In this document: positions 1 to 12,010 of the stretch, piece by piece
Layout of the letters: each line of letters starts with the position of its first letter
Numbering within the stretch: the stretch's first letter is position 1
Source of the DNA: Negaprion brevirostris
Lineage: Eukaryota
NCBI GenBank assembly: GCA_030324005.1
Contig: JARDVH010000124.1
Coordinates: 33,397,173-33,461,143 of the forward strand
Direction of reading: 5' to 3'
DNA: 63,971 nucleotides
Notes under the pieces: model-generated
What the model was told of the DNA's origin: nothing
Seen by the model: only the letters and a program-made list of their open reading frames with translations
The model's database searches: none
Position numbers and translations under genes: made by a program

Positions 1-210
1 AACATTGAAGCTTTTTGTTTTGCACTCTTCAGAACATTCGCAAGAACATCAAATATAAAGGAAACAACACTTTATACTTCATGAGAGGGGAGTGCTGATT
101 TGTTGGCAAATGGACACTTAGTGGTAGAAGCTTTGCCATGGGGAATGCACCGGCTAAACTATGACTGATAGTTAACTGTCAAGCTTTGTCTAAATTCAAA
201 CCTGGCTCAT
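1..210 (-). mobile_element. Penelope-like element terminal-repeat remnant
   Basis: The minus strand ends CTGAAGAGTGCAAAACAAAAAGCTT, resembling a decayed minimal hammerhead core (CTGANGA...GAAA) typical of Penelope pLTRs. Confidence 0.5.
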
Positions 211-524
211 TGGGGGTTATGACTTGTACTGTAATTTNNNNNNNNNNGGGTAGATGCATAGAGGAGCTGCTGTGATGGATGATGAGCAGAGGAAGCCGTT
301 GGGTGCTGGGAAGGACAGGAGATTCTCTCGGCAGCAAGGGACAGAACCCAGCAGGTGGGTGGTTTAGACAAAGTCAGGGGCAAGAAAAATTTGTCAACAA
401 TACAACACTTTATCTTACCTATCTCGGTATCTGTTTCCACTTTCTCACTATCTATCTCCCATGCACTCTTTGCCTCAGTACTTAAAATTTTATAAACTTG
501 TAAAAATAGTTATAAAATAATTAC

Positions 525-760
525 CAAAGGAATAGAAGCAGGAGAAGGTCGTTGGCACATCCAGTCTGTTCCACCATTCAATAAGATCATTGCTGACCTG
601 ATTTGTGACCTTAAGCCCATGTTGCCGCCTGTCCCCATAATTCTTGACTCTCTTGCAAATTAAAAATTGGTCCAATGCAGCTTTGAATGTATTCAGTGTC
701 CCAGCCTCCACTGCTTCCTGTTGTGGAGATTTCCAAAGATTAGTTACCCTGTGAGAGAAA
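525..760 (-). mobile_element. CR1 LINE 3' end fragment
   Basis: ORF-track peptide MEAGTLNTFKAALDQFLICKRVKNYG resembles the CR1 ORF2 C-terminus, followed by a CR1-type 3' UTR. Confidence 0.8.
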
Positions 761-1614
761 AAAACGTTTATAACAGTTTTAAAATATGTTATAATGGTTT
801 TAAAATATTTGAAAAGAAAACTTGCTATTGAAGCTGACCTAAAGGGGTGTATCTTCAGCTCATCATTAGGAGGTATTGCTTTGCTGGGAGATCTTGTTGC
901 TTCTTCTGAAGCTAGGCCCTATGGCAGCAGGATGAGGAAGTTCTTGCTGCAACCAATGAAAGGCTAAGTTTATTTTCCTCTGTTCAGTCAAGGGCAAAGG
1001 CCATTGCTTCACTGCTCACTGCAAAATCCACATCATCTCTTGTCAGTTGCATCTAACTTTATAGCAATGTCATAACACAAATAAAAACAGACAAACTTTT
1101 CCTGGCTCTACTGATAAAGGTTCCAAATTGTTACAAAGACGTTAATATGCAGACCTATCTTTAACCGCAAAGACTTAAGGAGATTTGTTAGGAAAAATAA
1201 TACTTGACATGAGCAGTCTGCAGGCCAACACTTGGACAATATGCACTAAGAATTTGTTGACAAATACCTATCTTGGAAAGCCTTTTTTTTGCCTAGCCAT
1301 TAAAGATCATCAGCAAAGATTTTGAGTTTTTCAGGTAGGAGGGAATTGTCTTCAGTCTGAGGTACCACTCCTCAGACTAATCTCTATATAAGAATCGTTG
1401 AAAAACGTCTGTCGCAGATAGTCACTGTAGTTCTTGAGGGTTTCCATGTTTATTCATACATCGATGATTGGCTTATTTAGGTTTACTCCCAGGGGATTTC
1501 CGAGGAGACAGTCTCTATCAAATGGAGCAGATGTTCACGCAGCTGAGTCAACTGGTGAACCCGTAGAGGTCATATTTTACAATCTTCCCAGGATATTATT
1601 TTTATGGAATCTAT

Positions 1615-2765
1615 GTTACATAAGAACTAGGCACAGGAGTGGGCCATTTGGTTCCTCAAGCCTGCTCCACCATTCAATATCATCATGGCTGATCTTTTCG
1701 TGGACTCAATTCCATTTACCCGTTGCTCACCATAATCCTTAATTCCTTTACTTCCAAAAATCTATCTTTGATTTAAAAACATTCAACGAGGTAGCTTCAA
1801 CTGCTTCACTGGGCAGGGAATTCCACAGATTCACAATCCTTTGGTGAAGAAGTTCCTCCTCAACTCAGTCCTAAATCTGCTCACCCTTATTTTGATGCCA
1901 TGCTCCCTAGTTCTAGTTTCACTTACCAGTGGAAATAACCTCTGCTTCTGTCTTATCTATTCCCTTCATAATCTTAGATGTTTCAATAAGATCTCGTTCT
2001 TCTGAATTCCAATGAGTGTAGCCCCAGTCTACTCAGTTTTTCCTTATTAGCCAACCCTCTCAACTCTGGAATCAACATAGTGAATCTCCTCTGCACTCCT
2101 CCCTAAGGGTGACATGGTGGCACAGTGGTTGGCACTGCTGCCTCCCAACGCCAGGGACTAATTCCCAGCTTGGATCACTGTCTGTGTGGAGTCTGCATGT
2201 TCTCCCTGTGCCTGTGTAGGTTTCTCTCAGTGCTCCAGTCTCCTCCCACGTTCTGAAAGATGTGCTGACTAGGTGCTGGACTGTGGCAGCTAGGGGAATG
2301 TCATAGTAACTTCACTGCAGTGTTAATGTAAGCCTTACTTGTGACAAACACAAAATAAAACTTTACTTCCAGTGCCAGTATCCTTTCTCAAGTAAGGAGA
2401 TCAAAACTGTACACAGTACTCCAGGTGTGGTCTCACCAACACCTTATACAGCTGCAACATAACTTCCCTGTTTTTAAACTCCATCCCTCTAAAAATGAAG
2501 GGCAGTATTACCTGCTGCACCTACAAATCAACTTTTTTTAATTCATGCACAGGATACCCCCAGGTCTCTTTGCACAACAGCATGCTGCAATTTTTTTACC
2601 ATTTAAATAATAGTCTATCTTGCTGTTATTCTTACCAAAATGGATGACCTCACATTTACCAACATTGTACTCTATTTGCCCACTCACTTAAACTATTCAT
2701 ATCCCTTTGCAGACTTTCAGTGTGCTCTGCACACTTTGCTCTGCCACTCACCTTAGTGTCATCTT
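1615..2765 (-). mobile_element. CR1 LINE 3' fragment split by a SINE
   Basis: CR1 tail at ~1615-1700 and ORF2 C-terminal region. Host sequence ctcctctgcact...|...ccagtgccagt resumes after the SINE. Confidence 0.85.
2107..2365 (+). mobile_element. tRNA-derived V-SINE, tail type B
   Basis: Head TGGTGGCACAGTGGTTGGCACTGCTGCCTC, V-domain CTGTGTGGAGTCTGCATGTTCTCCC, tail GCAGTGTTAATGTAAGCCTTACTTGTGAC. Confidence 0.85.
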
Positions 2766-3868
2766 AATGTCACCCACTATAACATCTACTCTTAAATCCA
2801 CAACTTGGCCGACCATGCANNNNNNNNNNNNNNNNNNNNNNNNNNNNNNNNNNNNNNNNNNNNNNNNNNNNNNNNNNNNNNNNNNNNNNNNNNNNNNNNN
2901 NNNNNNNNNNNNNNNNNNNNNNNNNNNNNNNNNNNNNNNNNNNNNNNNNNNNNNNNNNNNNNNNNNNNNNNNNNNNNNNNNNNNNNNNNNNNNNNNNNNN
3001 NNNNNNNNNNNNNNNNNNNNNNNNNNNNNNNNNNNNNNNNNNNNNNNNNNNNNNNNNNNNNNNNNNNNNNNNNNNNNNNNNNNNNNNNNNNNNNNNNNNN
3101 NNNNNNNNNNNNNNNNNNNNNNNNNNNNNNNNNNNNNNNNNNNNNNNNNNNNNNNNNNNNNNNNNNNNNNNNNNNNNNNNNNNNNNNNNNNNNNNNNNNN
3201 NNNNNNNNNNNNNNNNNNNNNNNNNNNNNNNNNNNNNNNNNNNNNNNNNNNNNNNNNNNNNNNNNNNNNNNNNNNNNNNNNAACCATGCTGCGTCTGCTC
3301 TATCAAGCCATTCCCCTCACGATGCCATCCCGTTATTAAATCCATCTTCTCATCCTCTAAGGGACTAATGTTTACTTTAGCCACTCTTGCAATAGGTAAT
3401 GTTCAAAGATACCTAGCCTCAATATCCTTTTGGTGTGTACGTCCCGTTTTTTGCATTTTGCTCATCTTAAAGGAACACTTTGTACATTCTTCATTACTGA
3501 CTGCCATCCTTCCCCATACCTTAGAGCAAATGTTGCTAATCATTATTAAATTGAATGAAGACACAGTGAAGCTGGGAAGCTAAATGGGATAGACCCCAAA
3601 AACTGGAACAGGGGATCTGAATGTACAATTAAATGGAGTGTCTTCAATGGAGCACAGCATACCAAATTCAAGCTGCCTTCTCATTTCAATGATTTCAGCT
3701 TCTACCTACCCACATTGTTGATTCCTTAAATGTATCAGCAGGAAGCTAATGTTGTGAAAGGCTAGCACCATTTAAATCTAGTCTGCACCTCTTAAAAGAG
3801 AGGTGCATTGAGCCTGGAGGTACTAACAATTGTGCGGGAGGTGACTCTGACTTAGGAAACATTGAAGA

Positions 3869-4110
3869 ATGGCACAACATGGGAGGAGCCAGCTCTCAGG
3901 TTTGAGGCTGCAGTTAGAGGCCTTTGTGATGGAGCTAGGAAGGAAAACAGTTTGTTGTATCGACAGGTGGCCAGTAGGCTCTCCATACATATGCTAGGAA
4001 GGCAGTGGGAGTAGATAGTCAAGGAGGACACTATGAGAAGTCAAGCCCAAGGACTTTTATGTAGTGCCATAATAAGTTTAGTGACCTTTCATGAACGACC
4101 ACAGTTAGTA
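3869..4110 (+). mobile_element. PIF/Harbinger Myb/SANT-like gene remnant
   Basis: Frameshifted reading ALRFEAA...RQWE*I...*CHNKFSDL resembles the xPRFS...W...QCRKKFNDL pattern. Shares AAGGCAGTGGGAG with the minus-strand copy near 58260. Confidence 0.65.
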
Positions 4111-4789
4111 AATATGTCTTCAAATATCAATTCCTACCAAATGCACCACTAGTCTCATAGTTCACTGCACTCTGCACCTGATCTGAAATCATCAAAGATG
4201 ATATCTTCATACTTAATTCCTTCTTGCATCCCACCTCCCTTTTATTCCCATCTTTGTTGACTTGCAAACTACTAACTACTTTCTCCTTCAACCCCCACCA
4301 ATCTCACAACATGATCTCCCACCTTTCATGTTTGAGTTATCCAGAGTGGAACTTGGTCATTCGGCAAGAAGGTAGCGATGATAAAGATGAATAGGTATTC
4401 AATTTCACACTCTCAGCCACATGTTCAGGTATTAGCATCGTGCATATTTTAGAGGCTAGCATAAAGTAGGATCTATATGTGATGTGACACTAAAACATTA
4501 TGAATATAGACAGAATATCGAAAAGTCCAGCCCTAACTCCATAGCTTCCAAAACCTGTGGACAGATCAAAAGCACAACTCAATACAAAAAACAGACATGA
4601 AATCCATCATCAACCTCAACAGGCAATGACCTCAATCCTTCAACAAATTTCCACCAGCATCAGTGCAGTTGAAGTGAAGGAGAATTTAGCAACTATAGCA
4701 ATATCATGGAATCAGAGTGCATTCCTGAAGCAGGAGACAAAGACCATTGTCACACTTAAGGCTGGGATGCAATGCACAGTTTTGATTTG

Positions 4790-5155
4790 ATTAATTTATT
4801 GTGGTCAGATATATTGGGATACCGTGAAAAATATTGTTTCTTGTGAGCTACACCGACCAGATGCACCATTCATAAAGTATACAGGGGAGAAGAAAGGTGA
4901 GAGTGCAGAATATAGTGTTACAGAAACAGCTAGGATGTAAAGAAAGATCAGCTTAATATAAGGTAGGGCCATTCAAAAGTCTGACAGCAGCAGGGAAGAA
5001 GTTGTTCTTGAGTTGGTTGGCATGTAACCTCAGACTTTTGAATATTTTTCCCCGATGGAGGAAAGTGGAAGAGGGTATGCCCAGGGTGCATGGAGTCCTG
5101 ATTATGCTGACTGCTTTTTCAAGGCAGCAGAAAGTGTACAACCAGGCCAGAAAGG
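4790..5155 (-). mobile_element. Rex1-type LINE 3' end
   Basis: Peptide NQLKNNFFPAAVRLLNG plus 3' UTR; reverse-complement similar to 50510-50810. Confidence 0.8.
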
Positions 5156-5163
5156 CACCCCTT

Positions 5164-6259
5164 GTGTGGCATTTTACCACATGTTCACACATTTTCGGCC
5201 GCGGCGCATTTGTAAAGTGAGGCAAAAAGCAAATAGCTCAATTGGCGCAGGTTTTCATGACCGGTACCATTTTACGAGCGCAGCCTCTTGCCGGAAATGG
5301 GCTAGAACCTGACTAATTTATTTAAGTTTATTAAAATTGAGCTTGAATCTGATTACCAAGCCCGGCACTCAATCATCCAAAATCGCCTGCCTTTATGGCT
5401 TTGCCAGGAGAGGTTCTCACCAGCGAGGAATAGACATGCTCCACATGATTGGGGAGCAGTCGACTTGGTCTCACCAGTGGAACCAGAAGTCATTAAGCTC
5501 CCCCCCCCCAACGCGGGGAGGTCGAGAGCAAGGGGAGTGCCCCTTGGGCAGCACCACCCTTGGCATCTGGACAATGCCCATCAAGCAATGCCAATGGGTG
5601 GGGCCANNNNNNNNNNNNNNNNNNNNNNNNNNNNNNNNNNNNNNNNNNNNNNNNNNNNNNNNNNNNNNNNNNNNNNNNNNNNNNNNNNNNNNNNNNNNNN
5701 NNNNNNCCCATCACGCAATGCCTATGGGTGGGGCCAGTGGGGGCGTGCGGGCAAGGGGGGCGGGGCTAATGGGAAGAGGGGATCTGCTGTCACTCTGCAG
5801 CAATTGGTTGGGGGGGGTGGAAGGGAAGGAAGGGCGCTGGGGTCATGATCGATGGGGGGAGGGTGGCGGGGCTGCAATCAATGGGGTAATGGTGGTCCTT
5901 GACAAGTTTGGGTGGGGGTAGGGAGGGAGGGAGGTCTGTATCTCAAGTTGGAGCCTGCGATTGCTGGAGGGGGAGCTGTTTCAGGCTGCGTTCAGTAACA
6001 GGGTCCTGACGGTTCTCTTTGTCTGTCAGACCCTTGCTACTGCTAATGCGCATGTGCAGCATTAGAGGTCTGCACCATCTTCCTCTACAGGTTTTCAGAT
6101 GCATTAAACACCATGCACAGCCTTCTGCAGTGAGCAACAAGTTCGCTCAGAATTTTGCAGCCAGAATGAGTATGAAAACACACCCAAAAAACAGATCTGA
6201 AACTCTCCCAGTTTCACGCCTGCCCAGCACTTAGAAAATAAATGGTAAAATTCTGGCCC
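5164..6259. mobile_element. GC-rich non-autonomous DNA transposon (Harbinger-like MITE)
   Basis: Imperfect terminal inverted repeats GGCATTTTACCA and TGGTAAAATTCTGGCCC; non-coding GC-rich interior with internal repeats across a 100-N gap. Confidence 0.6.
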
Positions 6260-6264
6260 ATCAG

Positions 6265-7040
6265 TCTGCTCTCGATCATCAGCAGAGTGATGGAAGGGTC
6301 ATCAGCAATGCCATTGAGCAGCACTTGCTCAGCAATAGCCTGCTCATGAATGCTCAGTGTGGGTTCTGCCAGCGTCCTCTGCTCCTAACCTCATTAAAGC
6401 CTTGGTTCAAACAAAGCCAAAAGAGCTGAATTTTAGAGGTAAGGTGAGAGTGATTGCCCTTGACATCAAGCCAGCATTTGACCAAGACTGGCATCAAGGA
6501 GCCCTTTCAAAACTGAAGTCAATGGGAATCAGGGGGAAAGCTCTCTGCTTCTTTCAGTTGTACCTGGCACAAAGAAAGATGGTTGTAGTGGTTGGAGGTC
6601 AATCACCTCGGCTCTAGGACAGCACTGCAGAAGTTCCTCAACGTAGTGTCCTAGGCCCAATCGCCTTCAGCTGCTTCATCAATGGCCTTCCTTCCATCAC
6701 AAGGTCAGAAGTGGGGATGATTGCACAATGTTCAGCACCATTCTTGATGACTGAGATTATGAAACAGTTTGTGTCCAAATGCAGCAAGACCTGGACAATA
6801 CCCAGGCTTGGGTTAACAAGTGGCAAATACCAGTCACATAAATGCCAGTCAATAACCATCTCCAACAAGAGAGGATCTAACTATTGCCCTTTTATGTTCA
6901 ATGACATTACCATTGCTGAATCCCACTATTAACATCCTTGGGGTTAGCACTGATCAGAAACTGAACTGGAATAGCCATATAAATACTGTGGCTACCAGAG
7001 CATGTCAGAGGAATCCTGCGCCAGGTAACTCACCTAGTCT
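6265..7040 (+). mobile_element. CR1-group LINE reverse-transcriptase fragment (second family)
   Basis: Peptide KVRVIALDIKPAFDQDWHQGALSKLKSMGIRGK and a degenerate VPQxSVLGP motif; frameshifted. Confidence 0.8.
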
Positions 7041-7434
7041 GGATGACTATCTGTAGCTGCTGCATACTAATCTGTAGACTCTCAGGAGATTTGTTTATTC
7101 AGAGTGGTTCTATCAAACTCAGTAGGCCATAACATGTCTTGCATTGAATATCTAAGGATCTTTCTGAAGACCATGAGCCAGCATATTTCTAATGTGTGAT
7201 GTATAATTTCCTTTCTTAAAACACTTTTGCAAAATGTGCACTTTGGGATTAGCACAGGTGCATCCTGCTGGTGATTTTCATCATCCTGTGTTGCACCACA
7301 ATGAGGAGAGCCACTATGAAACTCTGGTTCATTAGCCTAACTAGTATAGACCAAATCATCGTTCGTACATTGCCCCTGAAAAATGTGCACCTTTTTCCTA
7401 TAGTTTCCCTATATTGCTAAAGACTTCAGAACAT

Positions 7435-8415
7435 ATAAAGGCTATGCAGTGCACTGGTTAGACAACACCTGGAGTCCTCCAAGTACTTATTATGAGGGAC
7501 GTGGACAGAGTGGATAGTCAGAAGCTTTTTCCCAGGGTGGAAGAATCAATTACTAGGGGGCATGGGATTAAGGTGTGAGAGGCAAGGTTTAAAGGTAATG
7601 TACAAGGCATGTTTTTACACAGAGGGTTGTGGGTGCCTGGAACTTGCTACCAGAGGAGGTAGTGGAAGCAGATACGATAGTGACTTTTAAAGGGTGTCTT
7701 GACAAATACATGAATACGATGGGAATAGAGGGATATGGTCCCTGGAAGGAGAAAGGGTTTTAGTTCAGTCGGGCAGCATGGTTGGTGCAGGCTTGGAGGA
7801 CCAAAGGGCCTTTTCCTATCCTGTAATTTTCTTTGTTCTACTTCTGGATACCACCCCTTAGGATGGATGTATCAGCCTTCGAGGAAGTGCAGGGTACGTT
7901 CACCAGATTGATATTTGGACTCCAAGAGTTAAGCTGCAAGAAGCACTTAAACAAACTAGGGCTGTATTCCCAGAATTTAGAAGGTTAAGAGATGATTTAA
8001 TAGAGGTTTTTAAGATGTTGAAAAAAACAAATAGAGAAGATAGAAACTATTCACACTGATTAGGAAGCCTACGACATGGGGGTCAGGTTGGAGTGAGGGC
8101 AGTGTCGTGACCAGTGGGCAGAGCAAGTGGTGGCATAGTCTACAAATTAGAGCCAGACCTTGCAGGAGTTGAATTGAGAAAGACTTCTACACACAAAGGA
8201 CGATAGGAATTTGGAACACCTTCCTGCCGATGGTAACCGATGCTCTCGCAGTAGTTAATTTAAAACCTGAAATTGGTTAATTTTTGTTCACCCAGGGTGT
8301 TATGGGATATGAGGCAAAGACCAATATGAGTGAGGTTGCAGTTCTGCTCTGATCACATTGAATGGCAGAACAGGCTTGAGGGGCTGAGTGGCCTACTCCA
8401 ATTCCTGTGCTCTTA
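7435..8415 (+). mobile_element. Old CR1 3' fragment with a younger CR1 3' end nested at ~7490-7840
   Basis: Two consecutive CR1 ORF2 C-termini and tails. The inner one ends TTTTCTTTGTTCT and matches 41625-41920 and 53090-53365. Confidence 0.8.
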
Positions 8416-8959
8416 AAATCATTAAGTGGATTAATATCATACACTACATTCCACCATGCCTAAAGTGGCTAAGTTACACAGGGCAGTATCTACTTCTGCT
8501 GCTTTTTGCCACTAGCTAGCAATATCTTTCTGGAGATATAATTACTAGTTGAATCACTGAAATCTGATATTCCATTGTTAATTTATGATTCTTTCAAGCT
8601 TGCAATTTTTGGGACATCATGTACTTTTACATGACACCATAAGAATCAGAATACTTAATAACCCTAAGGGTGATGCAGTTAAACGATAATACTTATCTTG
8701 TTAAATGTCACACGCTGGATATTAAAATAATTCATGTCTACTCTTTGTCACCACATTGTTTTGTCAGATATTGGCTTGAGGATGTTACTGAAGATGCTGC
8801 TCCCTACAACTTTGACTAAAACTGAGAAGGCAGTTGTCCTGACTTTTAATGTCAAAGTGATTTTTGCATATGCATCAATGTGGCAGTGTAAATGTGTTGT
8901 CAGAGCCTAATCTGGCATGTGAGTGTATTCATGCCAAGTGGTCTAAAATTCATGCCTGG

Positions 8960-9710
8960 GACTGCCTGGGTACGTTTGGAGACTTGGGCATATAATCTCA
9001 TCAGACACCCGTACTCAGTACAGAGGGAGTGCTGTACTATGGTAGGGGCCAACTTTCGGATGGGCTGTTGCACCAAGGCCTCTAGGTGTAAAGATTTTAT
9101 AGCACTGTTTGAAGAAGATTAGAAAAAGTTCCCCATCCTCCAAGACGCCTGGCCAATATTTATCCCTCAACGAGCGCCACCTTAAAAAAAAAAGTCATCT
9201 CAAATCCCACTCCTGACATTTGTGTGGCATTTTGTGACAGTGATTAGCACTGCTGCCTCACAGGTCAGGGACCCAGGTTCAATTCCAGCCTCAGGTGACT
9301 GTGTGGAGTTTGCACATTCTCCCCATGTCTGCATGGGTTTCCTCTTGGTGCTCCAGTTTCTTCCCACAGTCCAAAGATGTGTGGGTTAGGTTGCCTTGCC
9401 ATGTTAAATTGCACCGTAGTGTCCGGGGGGTTAGCAGAGTTAAAAAAAAAAACTGGGGTTACGAAGATAGGGCCTGGAAGGGATTGTTGTTGGTGCAGGT
9501 TTGATGGGCTGAATGGCCTCCTGCACTGTGGGGATTCTGTGATTCTATGATTATTACTTGAGGACTGGTTGTCAGAGTTTACTGTGTACAAATTGGCTGA
9601 CATGTTTCCTACTCGACAATGGCTACACTTCAAAGAGTACTACGTTGGCTGTAATGTGCTTTATGATGTTTCACATAAATGCAAATGTGTTTTTTTTTCT
9701 TTCGTTTGTA
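8960..9710 (+). mobile_element. Deu-domain SINE (SacSINE1/AmnSINE1-like) split by a V-SINE
   Basis: Motifs CCTGGCCAATATTTATCCCTCAAC and CAAATTGGCTG...CTACACTTCAAAG...TTGGCTGTAA; similar to 29700-30100. Confidence 0.7.
9232..9552 (+). mobile_element. HE1-type V-SINE, CR1-like tail (type A)
   Basis: B-box GGTTCAATTCC, V-domain, tail GATGGGCTGAATGGCCTCCTGCACTGTGGGGATTCTGTGATTCTATGA. Confidence 0.85.
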
Positions 9711-11345
9711 CAGGATGTGTTTACTGAGGGAATTGGGCTGTCACCTCCTTGCTCTTTAAAATAAAATACCAGTGGCCATTGGAACTCTGTATGTGTTCGT
9801 ACTCTCATGGCACATGATTTATTTTGCTCTTTGTCATTGAGACTTGATGGATGTAGGGCTAACAGTCAACTCTAGCCTGCTGACTGTGTACGACATGTCA
9901 CAGATGCTAATTTGACACTAGTAACTGCATGATAACTCATCTAATTGATAATACAATCATTTTACTAATTGGAGTAGCTGGGCACGGTTTGCTATTTTGT
10001 AATCAAGCATATTTCTGCAAAATGGTGAAATACCGGTAGTACTACAACCATGTGCAGAGGGATGAAATTACTCCCATATTTTCCCAATCCAGGTTTGACC
10101 AAAACAGGATTTTTTGTGCATTTAGAGAAGGTGTGCTTCACCAATTCTGTAAGAGTCCCACTATTTAAGTTTTCAGATTGTAAAAAAATTATACAGGTTT
10201 CCTTTGGTTAAACAAAGAACAAGGTAGACCCATTGAAACTATTTCCCAAATTAAAAAAAAAGTAGATAAATTGTAACCACCCTTCATGCATCACAGCATT
10301 TTCCTGGATCATACTCACATTAGGACAGATGGCAGAGGAAGAGGGTAGGCTGATAAGGTTTTTACAGTATATGAAAAATAAAGCAGGAGTTTACAGTTAG
10401 CTGTTCCTTGGCTGATCCTCAATGAGGTGATTCCACATTGTGAGCATTTTGTTCAGTTGACGTCCTGGTAATTGTTTCTGCTTTTCTTCACAAAAGCCCC
10501 CAGTTCACAGTGGATGTCTCTTCTCAGAATGGTTACTTTGCAAAGCTGGCCACAGTATTTCAGAGAGACAGAAAGAGAGATGCAGAGGGCACAAAGCATC
10601 ATCCAGTGTTCCGTATGTCAGTATTTTTTATTCTCTCTCTCCAGCTTGATAAGGAATAATTAAAGTATCTTGCTGGCTGTACATTCCAGTGAAATCCTAT
10701 TACTTCATGCCTGCTGCAGTTATTGTTTCAGAATAAGTCATTGTATTTTGATGTTTCACCTCAGAAAAATTTGAAAAGTTTCCATGTGAAATCTTCCACC
10801 CTCACCAGAGGTTTAGTATCTGTATTTTCATCCTACTTGGTGGAATGCAAAACTGTGTGTATTGTTGCAGCATGGGCAATTTTGCCATTGTCTCTAGAGG
10901 GTTCTAGCTTTTACAATCCAACCAAAAAAAAAGTAATTATATCTTTAAGCACTCTCTTGTAAACGTAGAGACCTGTGGAATAGATTGGTCCTTTTGGTGA
11001 CAAAGTTTTGGACATCTTGCTACACAACCCCTGCTGCTCCCTGATCTTTCCTCGCATTACCAACCTTCCTGCTTGTGGTTATTCTTCTACAAGTGGAAGT
11101 TGCTTTCCCACCTTTTGCTGCTCCTTTTCAGAACCCACTCATTGAGGGTTTGGGAGAGGGAACAGGACAGAGAGGGACTGGGAGGTTTGACGAGAGAAAG
11201 GATCAGCAATGAGAGGGTCAAGGAATGAGAGGTTTGACAAGCAGAAGAAGCAGTAAGCTGAAGGTAAGTAAGAAGTTAGCATATTTGTTTTATATTTTAA
11301 AAGTTATTTCATTTAGCCATTTAGGAAATTGGCAATGAAAGGTTT

Positions 11346-12010
11346 GGGGCAGTCTGGTGGCACAGTGGCTGGCACTTCTGCCTCATAGTGCCAGACCTGG
11401 GTTCAATTCCGGCCTTGGGTGACTGTCTGTGTGGAGTTTGCACGTTCTCCCCGCGTCTTTTTCTTATTCATTCATGGGACATGGGCATCGCTGGCATTTA
11501 TTGCCTATCCCTAGTTGCCCGAGGGCAGTTGAAAATCAACCACGTTACTGTGTCACATGTAGGCCAGATCAGGTAAGGATGGCAGATTTCCTTCCCTAAA
11601 ACACATTAGTGAACCAAATGGGTTTTACAACAATTGGCAGTGGTTTCACGGTCATCAGCGGATTCTTAATTCCAGATATATTTCATTGAATTCAAATTTC
11701 ACCATCTGCCATGGCAGGGCTCAAACCCAGGTCCCCAGAACATTAGCTGAGTTTCTAGATTAATAGACTAGTGATAAGACCACTAGACCATTACCTCCTC
11801 TGTGTGGGTTTCCTCCCACAGTCCAAAGATGTACAGGTTAGGTTGATTGACCATGCTAAATTGTCCCTTAGTATCTCAAGATGTATAGGTTAGGGGAATT
11901 AGTGGAGTAAATATGTGGGATATGAAGATGGGGAATGGGCGGGATACTCTGTCAAGAGTCAGTGCAGACTAGATGGGCTGAACAGCGTTCTTCTGCACTG
12001 TTGGGAGTCT
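11346..12010 (+). mobile_element. HE1-type V-SINE (type A) interrupted by another SINE
   Basis: V-domain breaks at CTCCCCGCGTC (~11456) and resumes TGTGTGGGTTTCCTCCCACAGTCC (~11801). Confidence 0.85.
11457..11799 (-). mobile_element. Second tRNA-derived SINE family
   Basis: Minus strand has an A-box-like TGGTCTAGTGG, a B-box-like GGTTTGAGCCC, a core GGTTCACTAATGTGTTTTAGGGAAGGAAATCTGCC and a LINE-like tail. A second copy is at 24746-25085. Confidence 0.8.

Noticed and set aside
2707-3384. Long ORFs here and at 23406-24429, 39583-40493 and 55280-56449
   Set aside because: They are open only because they run through N gaps.
7231-7310. KMCTLGLAQVHPAGDFHHPVLHH, reminiscent of the preceding MGMT exon (C..WL.AYF...HHPVF)
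   Set aside because: No WLxAYF motif, Cys-to-HHP spacing is too short, and there is no GT donor at the expected position. Probably chance.
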